Positions 54,338 through 64,000 of a stretch of DNA of 64,000 nt are shown here, one piece after another. The notes beneath the pieces are model-generated. The model was given only the letters and a program-made list of their open reading frames with translations, was not told the DNA's origin and made no database searches. Both the position numbers and the translations under genes were made by a program. This DNA is from Phoronis australis. Lineage: Eukaryota > Animalia > Phoronida. Location: the NCBI GenBank assembly GCA_002633005.1, contig NMRA01000368.1, positions 366,920 to 430,919 of the forward strand. The letters run 5' to 3'. How positions within the stretch are numbered: the first letter of the stretch is position 1; each line of letters opens with the position of its first letter.

Positions 54338-57300
54338 ATTATACTTCAAATCTGTTATCATATTTTGAGTGTTTAAGTGGGTGATGAGGAAATTTTGCTT
54401 GTCTCAAAGGATTATTTTGTCATTTTCGTGCATGAAAGGAAATTCACTCCTGAAAATAGTCAGTTTCATGCCATCAACTGTCTTCACATTCTAGTGCCCT
54501 AGCTATCCCAAATCATTGGGGTTAAGTTGTCACTTAAATGCAATGTTTTCTGGTTTGTTTCATTTCCTTATGTTTTTAAAGAGTCAATTATGTTTTATAG
54601 TCACCAGGCAAATTTTGTGCATGTTTTATGTCACCTGAAGCATATCAGATGCTCCATAGTTTTATTGGTAAGTCAACCAAATAATTGTTACTTTAGTCCA
54701 GTATGCGCTTATGACTTCCTGCCATTCCTAAAGCCCTGTGATTCAGATGCGACTGTATATGATTATAAATATAAACATCAATGTTAAATTTTTGTTTGGT
54801 TCTTCAATTTGGTGAACTTTGGCGGGGGTTGTTCCTCGTTTGAACCCTGGGGCAATGTGATTGAGTGTTAGAACAGGTTCTTGAGTTCCGACACAGCACG
54901 GGTCAAATCGACGACTAGTCGTCTACCATTGGAAAAATAGCCTAGTGCTCTTCATTTCTTTACAACCTTCACTGACTACTACAGTGTAGACTTCAATAGA
55001 GGCTTTTACTGGCTGCTCTTGGGTGATGATTAACCATTTGTATCGCTGTGTGTGAGAAGTTTGAGGCCTTGTCGACACAATTTCATTCATTTCATTTGGA
55101 AGCTTTATTTTTCTTTGGGTGTTCAAAGAATTCTTTACGGAACTTCTTAATGAACATGGTGTGAAAAAAATTCAAGATTTTTGCGTTCTCTCGCCAATAT
55201 TTTCTCATCCGAAATAATGCCTTTTTGCTGCCTTTTGATACCCAGGTGATTCGCGTTTTGGCGCATGTGCCCAAGTTTCGCATAAAAGCCGAGGCAATGT
55301 CCTGTGCATTGGAACCTATATTAATTCGCATGTAGGCGCGCCCGTTTTCTTTTCGAAAAATGATTTGCTTTTCATGAGCAACATTTTATTCAAAATACAA
55401 CTTGACTCGTGTTTCATAGTGAACAGTGTCTTAAAAAGGCATGGAACACAAAAGCTCGTCAACAATAGCTTTTAAACAATTGCTTACGAAATAACCATCT
55501 CGCAATGACTACTACATAGTTGCTCGCTTTCTGTGTGAGAGAATTTCCAGCAACCACGAGTTTTGAAAAACTGTAGTCACCACAGAGTTTCTAATCTCCT
55601 CCCACTTAATGATAAGTTTGCGCATGCGATCATAGTCATGTGACAAACAGCTGATTAATAAGATGGATGTTAACGGCAGATTATGTCTGATCGCACTTCG
55701 AATCTGAGGTCGACAGCACAGTATATGGCAAGCCAATGAAGCAAGCAAATTTTCAAAAACAATTACATATAGTGTATTGGTGACGATCAGAAGCTGAGGA
55801 CGCCTGTGTTCCTAGCTAGTGCAATTTAGAAAATATTTGAACGATACATTTATTACTAATTTTAAACAGTTAGGACTTACATCAATTGTCTCTTTAATCG
55901 GACTGACTGCTGCCTGAACTCGCTTATTGAGACGTGCATTGCCTTGTGGGAGAAAAATCGACGAAGTGACGAGCAGCAAATAATGCAATTTTAGGCCCAA
56001 TGACATGTGAAACTTGTCTAAGAAAAAGTGAGAACACGAAACTGAAAGCGCTCAGAGATTTAGAAATCAAACACATAGGGGTCTTTTATAAAAAATGTCC
56101 TTTAAAGTAGCAATAGCGAACCCAAGAAGCAGGTTCATGTTATTTATGCCCATGATTGAAACCAAGCGAATCCTCTCTTGAAACGTCAGATACAACAAAC
56201 TGCGGCCTATAGATTGCTGACATGTCATTCCATGAATTTCCATCATCAAAAAGTGCTGGAATCATCTTTAACAAATATATTTCCCTTCCTGGTAATGTCT
56301 TGCTGGTCATATATATATGCCTTGAATCAGCCCTGCCCCAGTTTGAAACTATAAATATTCTAAGCGTCGTCCACGTGTAGTGACATTGACTGCGAATTGC
56401 TTGCTGATGAAATATGTGACATGGTGGCAATGGGCTCTGCAAAAACGTCAAATAATGTGACGAAGATTAGTCTAATGTAGACTAAGGACGAGAGTAGAAC
56501 CCGCAGCCTCCACTTGAAACTTCAGATGCATGCACTAGTGAAACTCAGTAGTAGCAGTATCTCACGGTGATAAAACATGTAAAACCGGTAAATATACGTG
56601 CACATGCAATGCATCCAAAACGTCACAGGAAAATTGATCCTTGTGCCACTATCCTGAAGCCTCTCATTCTTTGTTTAAAGCGCTAGATCCAGTTGATGAC
56701 GTCGGTTCATCATGCAGTACTTCCAGTGAGGAAAAAATCCTGGATCCGCCCCTGGTTATCGTACTCACTAACAACAGATTCTGTTCTGCATTCTGTGCCC
56801 GTTGCGTTCTCCTTTCTCTCTTTGGCGGTAGCGCAACTAGTGTAGACTACAACAAAATGGATTTCGACGAGACGGAGTTCTCGAGGTTAAGTCCGCCCCG
56901 GACCCCAGGCCCATGTGTGCATGCGGCACGTACCAAAATTTTCCGTATATAAGCCCATGAGCGTGTATTCGGAGAATGAAAATTTTCAGGCGTATTAGTA
57001 ACACGAAATAAACGTCCTGGCGTTTATTCGGAAAAGGAGGGCGTGTCGTAGCTTTGATGACTTTGACATTTTTACTTAAAACTGTGTTGATAAATGCATA
57101 ATTTGCCAACACTTTGTTTGTTTTCATAAATGATAAAATTGCATTTGTAACAAAAAGTTGACCGGGAGTGTTTTTTGAAGGGGAAATAAACGAAAATATC
57201 TGCCCACTTGACACCAGCCGAAGTTGTAACACCAAATAAACGCCCATGTGCGATTATTCGGCATAATTTTCCAACTAAACGCCCATGGGCTTTTCATCAT

Positions 57301-58499
57301 AACAACAAGAAAGCTCACGACGCTGAAAAACATTGGATAGAGTTGTGTAAAATGCGCATTTGTACGGAATAGGTGAATTATGTTCAGTCAAAATTAGAAC
57401 CAATACCGATGCGTCCTTTTTTAGCTTCGTGGAGAATAAAAAACATGTTGATTCATTTTCGTTACTTGTGTATTATTAGCCTTCAACGACTTACGTACAT
57501 GTCCAACCATAATTGACAGATCACATTCACGGTATGCTACAAATAACACTGTAGATGGGGGCTCAATTTCTCACCTGGCCCCACCTACAAGGAAGTATCC
57601 ACACCGTCACTGAGATATTATCTAGCTAAAACAATTCCTGAGATATTATCTATCTAGTACAATTCCTCATTACGTCAGTAGTGACACAGAATGGCTGCTG
57701 TTCTGGCCGTCTTCCCCACATCAGTCGATTAACTGGTTTCAAGCGTTAGTCCAAAACGAATCGCAAGTATGTACTAAAACACCGGACACTTACAGCGAAA
57801 ACTCTTAACTTGTGGTACGTAAACAATGAGTTTTGTCTCATAATTTAACATTCCAGTCTCGCCGCCCAATCACTTCAATAATGACAATTTTCAAAGCCCT
57901 CGTGCTGAAACGTGGTGTCCGTTATGGCGTATATTAATTTTGAATTGGAAGTCTCAATAGGTAAGGGTGAAGTTTCCATAGCCTTTTACGATTTACACCA
58001 ATGGGCAGTTGTGTTGTAAGTGGTCCCTTCGTCATTACTTTGCCAGGGGACTCAGATCCATAAAAACAACAAGACTGTCCTGGTGTGAGCCCTTCCTTTG
58101 TCAAGTCTCTTCCTCCAAACAGTTCATTAATGTAAAACTTCAACGTACACGAGGATGAGTCCTCACTGACTGGGACTTCTTCGAATTTGTCACTTGTCAG
58201 TTGAAAATTACTCCATGACTAACTGAGGGTAAAATCGTGCTTACCCCTGTTTACGTGCCTTCTTTTGTGCATCTTTTCAACAACTAAGAACACAAGACCT
58301 CGACTGAAATTTACGATACTTGTTTGTTTAATTTTAGTCGGTGAACGCTGCATTTTTGGTTTCATGTATGGCCTTATAGACGAGTCTGTGTATTTAGTCC
58401 TAGCACTATTGCTCCCACATTTTGCCCAATATATACAAAAATATAAACAATTTCTGAAACGAAAGCCTGTAAAATTAGATTCTTGGATTTGCTATATAT

Positions 58500-58625
58500 T
58501 GGGTCATGTAACCATGACTTTTTAGTAAAATTTACCAAAACAGAAAAGTACAATCATATAATTCAAAACAACTTATCAATAACAAGACCAAATTTCGTTT
58601 GATATAAATATTCTAGATAAAATAT
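58500..58625. repeat. Dispersed repeat also present at ~47120-47230
   Basis: Shared accatgactttttagtaa and caaattt..tttgatataa.tattc blocks. Confidence 0.55.
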
Positions 58626-58705
58626 GAAAATGTTGGTATAATTTTTCAAATCATCATTTCGTTTTCATTTTATGCGATTTATATTTTTTGTAAATATCAT
58701 AAAAG

Positions 58706-60866
58706 TTCTTCTTTTTCTTCAGCGTTCTCGGCCATGTAGCTTAGATAGTCAGTCTAATCTTTTAGGCGAAGTCTGCAGTTCGCCGCAGTGATGCCGTCGG
58801 GCCCCACAGTTTTACCTTGAGTTCCACCGGACTGGGCCATGTCTGGCGCCTTATGGTATCGAACGTAGGGCAGCTCTGCAGTAAATGCTCAGGTGTCTGG
58901 GGGCCAGTGCCACAGGAGCACTCGTCTGTGTGAGAGATTTTCAGGAGATGCATTGGGGAGAGCAGTGGCAGTGGCCGGTTCTTCGCCTGAAGTGACTTGT
59001 TCCTGCCGGTCAAACTGTTGGGTATAGTCTTCTTCAGTCCCCAGACGTAGGCGTATCCTCCAGGCATTTCTAAAGTGACTTCGTAGGAGGGTTTTTACTT
59101 CTCCATATGATGATGGGTGCGACGTCTGCTCCAGTTTGCTTCCTGCCTTGGAGAGTCTGTCTGCTTCCTCGTTGCCGTTGATGCCGCATTGGGAGCGAAT
59201 TCATTGCAGCACAACAGTGGTTTTGAAAGTCTTAGAGCATTTTTAATGGTTGGTTGATTGAGGATAGCAGAGGTTGATGTTTCTGCTGAAGTGCCTTGAT
59301 GAGGTGGTTTGGGCTTTGCCTCTTGATGCGGTTTTTGGTCAGGACTTGGGAGTTTGGACTGCAGTGGATGTGATGGAAGCCGCTTCATCTTTTCGCCCTG
59401 TCTCAGGAGTTTATCATTTCCTCTTTCTTCCAGTTAGCTTAAGCCTATCGTCTTCTCCATGGGGGTGGTCTTCATGCCTCCTGTAAGTAAGCACAGACCA
59501 GTATACTGGACCATGGCTAAGTTGTCTGTGTTGGTTTTGGCAGCTGTAGACCATGCGTTAGAGGCGTACTCCACCTAGGGTCTGACAGATCCTGTGTAAA
59601 CTTGGGTCAAGAACTTCATGTTTGCACCCCAACTGGTACCAGCAAGTTTCTTCGTCACAGCAATTTTCTTAGTGGCTTTGCTGCTCATGGCAGCAATGTA
59701 AGGGGACCAAGTAAGCCTCTTGTCCAGTTTAACCCCAGGGTAGGTTGGAGTTTCTTGGTGGGGAATATTCTGGCCTTCTAGCTGGAGCGAGAACTCTTCT
59801 TTTTTGGGAGAACGGGAAAAGCCCGTGGCCTCTGGTTTGGTCCTGTTGATCGTGACCATCCACTCTTTTGCCCAGTTTTGGATGATGTCCATGGCTTCCT
59901 GCATTATGTAGGCTGCTGTGGTGATGTATTCTGCTTTTGTCCATACAGCCACGTAATCTGCATGGAGAGTCCTTGCGATGTGCATGGACAGGTGGTCAGC
60001 AATATCATCAATGAAGACAACAAAGAGTGTCGGCGATATTATGCTGCCCTGGGGGTACTCCTTCCCTAGTCCTAATCAGCTTGCTTGTCTGTCCTTCCAG
60101 CTTTACTCGCGCAAATCTGTGGAATAGGTAACTGTTAATCCACGAATACATTTTGCCACATACTTATTTTTGGAGGAACTTGAGGAGCAAGCCTTCCTTC
60201 CAGACCTTGTTGAAGGCTTTTGTTAGGTCAACAAAGACGGCTAGTGTCTTCATTTTCTGTTGAAAGTGTGATATAGTCCTCTGTGCTTCTGTTCTTTCTG
60301 AACCCTGACTGGGTGATGTTAATTAGCATGTTCTCTTCTAAGTGATATTGGAGGCGTTTCTTGACCATGCATTCCATGCGTTTGCCTGGACAGCTGAGAA
60401 GGCTGATGGGGCGATAGCTGCTCTTTCTGTGCCTGTCCTTCTCCTTCTTTAAGATTGGAATGATTATGGCTTCCTTCCAGCTGACTGGAAAAACCCCCAT
60501 TCTCCAAGACTGGTTGTAAATGTCCAGAAGCTTCTGTTTGGAGAGACTGTCAAGGTGTTGAATCATCTCATTGCTGATGCCGTCCTTTCCGGGTGTCTTC
60601 TTGGTCATAAGTTGTCTGATGGAACTGTTCAATCCATGCATGGTGAAGTCGTTAGTCATGATGGCAGTTTGTTGTTCTTTTCTCTTTGTTGGTTCCTCTG
60701 TTTTCTCTGTTCGGACGTCTGCTGTTTTCTGCCTGGGAATGTCCAGGAGACTATCATCTCTAACATTCTCAGCAAGCAGGGATGCGGCTTTTCTCCCAGT
60801 GTAAGCCTTCCATTTTCTTTTAGGAACGTTGCTCTCGGGGTACATTGGTGGTCGTTGTTTAGGGTC
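58706..60866 (-). mobile_element. Decayed non-LTR retrotransposon (Ingi/I-like: RT, RNase H remnant, CCHC knuckle, (GAA)n tail)
   Basis: RT motifs KTPGKDGI, WKEAIIIPILK, SYRPISLLS, QSGFRKNRSTED, PTYPGVKLDKRLTW, KKLAGTSWGAN; C-terminal CSCGTGPQTPEHLLQSCP...KLWG; tail gaagaaaaagaagaa at 58720-58706; many frameshifts and stops. Confidence 0.88.
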
Positions 60867-61004
60867 TGTTGTGTTGCAAAGATAAAGACTGATAGCATAA
60901 AAGAGTACCTATTTACGAGGTCTCTTACCAGCGTGCTACCTTACAAAAGTCGTCCACACAGCAGTCCCCTAACGGGCAAGCCGGAAACTAATAGGCATAC
61001 AACA
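60867..61004 (-). mobile_element. 3' LTR (138 bp) of the Gypsy element
   Basis: The minus strand starts TGTTGT directly after the polypurine tract AAGGGAGA (61012-61005) and ends ACAACA, a 6-bp inverted terminus. Confidence 0.75.
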
Positions 61005-61161
61005 TCTCCCTTATTGGGATCATGAACCCTTAACAACTATATAGAAGAAAATCTCTAAACAAGTATAAAAATAAAAGAATGTCACTCTGTCCCATTTATC
61101 AAGCGTTTGTCAAATCTTAACACTACAAGTATGTCTCACAGTTTTTCATCTAAACCACGAA

Positions 61162-64000
61162 TCATTGCTCAATCAATCTTTCTGGGGGTTTTGAGATCCT
61201 CCCCGATCTAGTTCTCACTACCGTGGCATGCTCTATATCTCGAGCAGGGTCATCGATGTCGCCATCGGTCTCACTATCGTGACCCTCCGCCTCATTCTGG
61301 TACTCGTCCAAATCCAGATTAATCTTTTCCTGGTTCTCCTGTGGTGATGGCACGAGGAATCGTCGGTTTCTCCGAACCCTTCCTGTTGGTGTTTCAATCA
61401 CAAACGATCCGTCAACATTCCTGTGTTTTACTGTTCCGAACTGTCTCAGAGATCTGTCCCATAACGTGTCATTTTCGTTTAGAGGTGGTAAGGTTCTGGC
61501 ACGGTGCCGGTGATCATATTGATCCTTTTCTTTCAACTTATTTTCCTGCTCAATTGTTGGCACCTTTTCCACATAGTCCCAACACGGTACGAAGTTTTTC
61601 GAATTTTCCGGTAGTTTTGTGCGCAACTTTCTACCCATTAGACGCTCAGCCTGACTATAACCGTTTCTTATAGGTGTAGCGCGATAGCTAAGAATAGCTA
61701 CATAAGGGTCTTTTGAACCCGTTATTAAACGTTTCACCGTCTGAACCGCTCTTTCCGCCTCCCCGTTACTCTGGGGATACCGAGGGCTACTTGTTCGGTG
61801 GGTAAATCCGTATTCCGTTGCAAACCGATGAAATTCTGAACTAGCATATTGTCCTGCGTTATCTGACACAAATATCACTGGGATGCCATGGCGCGCAAAA
61901 ATTGAACGCAAATGTGTGATAACGCTCGTTGAAGTGCTACTATGCAATTTCGCAGTCTCAATAAACCTTGAGAAATAGTCGACAACCAACAGGTATTCAT
62001 TCCCTTTGAAGTGAAATGTGCCAGATCCAAGTTTTTGCCATAGGTAATCAGGGAAGAGATCAATAACAAGCGGTTCTGCTTGGTCGGATCGATGCTGAAT
62101 GCAATTCCTGCAATTTTTTACGACGCATTCAATCTCCTTTCCAATACCCGGCCACCATACAGAGTTCTTAGCGCGTTCGCGGCATTTCACAATCCCTTTG
62201 TGACCCTCGTGGAGTTTTTCCAATATCTCCGCTCTCAAGATCGCGGGTATTATCAAACGATTTCCGCGGAAAAGTAAGCCATGACTAAATGTCATCTCAT
62301 CCCGTAGTTGCCAAAATGGTCTGGTTGCAGAAGTAATGTTTGGACTTTCATATCCAGGCCAACCGTTTAAACAGTAATCAACAATCACTCGCAGTATCGA
62401 ATCTGACTCAATACCGAGTCGAATTTGTGATAAACGTTCCTCTGATGCAGGTAAGTGGTCAACTACTGCCTGAATGTATTGTTCCACTTCCTCATGCAAC
62501 TCGGCATCAGATTCCTTTAGGGGTCCAGTTAATGGCGATCTAGAAAGTGCGTCCGCAGTATAAAGCGTCTTTCCCGGAACATGGCCAATATTGTACTCGA
62601 AGCGCATAAGCCTCATGCGAAACCTTTGTATACGAGGAGACAAGTCGGTGAGCGGTTTCGATCCAAGGAGTGAAACAAGAGGTTTGTGATCCGTTTCTAT
62701 TTGGAACACTTTTCCAATCAAATACTCTGAGAATTGATCACAGGCCCAGGTTACTGCCAAAGACTCCTTTTCAATTTGCGCATATCTCTGTTCTGTTGCA
62801 TTCATAGCTCGGGAGGCATACGCGACCGGAAGAAACCCTTCCTCACCGCTCCTTTTCTGCATAAGAACAGCCCCGAGACCAAAGGATGATGCGTCTGACG
62901 AGACCACTGTTTCAGCACGCGGATCATACAACGAAAGCACCGGCGCTTGGCATATTTCACTTTTAAGACTTTCGAAAGTTCGCTTTTGATCCACATCCCA
63001 AACCCATTCAGACTCTTTCTCTAACAACTCTCGAATAGGTTTGGACAAGTCCGCAATGTTTGGAGAAAACCTTCCCATTTGGTTTACCATTCCCAAAAAT
63101 CTCCTCACTTCCGAAACATTGGAGGGCTCTGGCAAACTTTTAATTGCTTCCACCTTACGAGGGTCAGGTCTGACTCCGTTTGCGTCAATCACATGTCCTA
63201 CGAATGTCATTTCGTTTTTCTCAAATTCACATTTTTCTTTGTTCAGAGTTATGCCAGCTTTCGTCAATTTGTGCAACACGAGATCAAGTCTCTCGTCATG
63301 CTCTTGTTTCGAGCTCCCGAATATCAAAATGTCATCCATTTGGCACACGACTCCTTCTATACGTTCCAGAAGTTCTGACATTCGTCATTGGAAATGTTCT
63401 GGCGTGGACGAAATGCCAAATGGTAATCTGTTAAAACACCAGCGTCCTTGGGGGGTAATAAACGTTGTTAACAATCGGGACGACTCCGATAACGGGATTT
63501 GCCAAAATCCGGAGTTAGCATCCATTTTCGAAAAAATCTGTGCCCCGCTTAGTTGCGCTAGTGTTTGAGCAGTGCTGGGCGTTTGGTGTCTTTCGCGCAA
63601 AACCGATTTATTTAGCTGAGTAAGATCCTCGCACAAGCGATTTCTCCCGACGGTTTCGGTATCACTACGAGTGGCGCACACCACTGAGTTGGTTCATCAA
63701 CACGCGAAATTACCCCTAAGTTTTCCATTCGCTCTAGCTCCGCTCGCACCTTGTCCGTTAGTGGAAACGGGACTCTTCGCGGCGCAGACTGAGAAAACGG
63801 GACAGCATCCTCCCGAAGCCTAATATGATATTCCGGTCCCTCCATTTTTCCAAGGCCAGAAAATAATTCAGGGTACTTTTCTTTGATCGCAACAGATCCA
63901 AGACACTTAATAAACCCTAGTTCTTTGCTTGCGTCTCGACTAAGTAATGGTTGCACCAAGTCCTCCACCACATAGACTTTTGTACGAAACTCTCTTCCTT
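61162..64000 (-). mobile_element. Gypsy (Mag/K02A2.6-like) LTR retrotransposon pol: RT, RNase H, integrase; disabled; runs off the window
   Basis: WCAPLVVIPK, KMDANSGFWQIPL, RLPFGIS, QMDDILI, SDASSFGLGAVL, YAQIEKE, ETDHKPL, HHCC zinc finger, SDN...SNGEAER. A 1-nt frameshift near 63640 and an in-frame TGA at 63385-63387. Confidence 0.95.

Noticed and set aside
58698-60903. 8-bp cataaaag as the LINE target-site duplication
   Set aside because: The second copy lies inside the Gypsy LTR (60867-61004), so the match is most likely coincidental.
60555-63568. Plus-strand ORFs of 65-175 aa
   Set aside because: Antisense shadows of the retroelement pol frames.

Overview
AT-rich, intron-rich metazoan genomic DNA that looks like a marine invertebrate draft assembly, with single-N gaps at 12167, 19618, 32556 and 37289. 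Three host genes were reconstructed by hand from splice sites and reading phase. (1) A + strand gene with two tandem farnesoic-acid-O-methyltransferase-like (Methyltransf_FA) domains; its 5' end may lie upstream of the window. (2) A complete 17-coding-exon cullin-3 gene on the - strand (762 aa). (3) A divergently transcribed ERICH6/FAM194-like gene on the + strand (about 726 aa) containing a textbook U12-type intron. Two ~2 kb tandem duplications inside cul3 abut N gaps and look like uncollapsed haplotypes. The right end holds a slightly decayed Gypsy/Mag-like LTR retrotransposon apparently inserted into a decayed Ingi/I-like LINE. Also present are Helentron-type non-autonomous elements, hAT-like MITEs, tRNA-derived elements, and a degenerate interstitial telomeric tract plus orphan ORF bracketed by diverged direct repeats. 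I found no convincing wholly new biological system; the best leads are ranked in findings. All family assignments come from motif recognition, not database searches.
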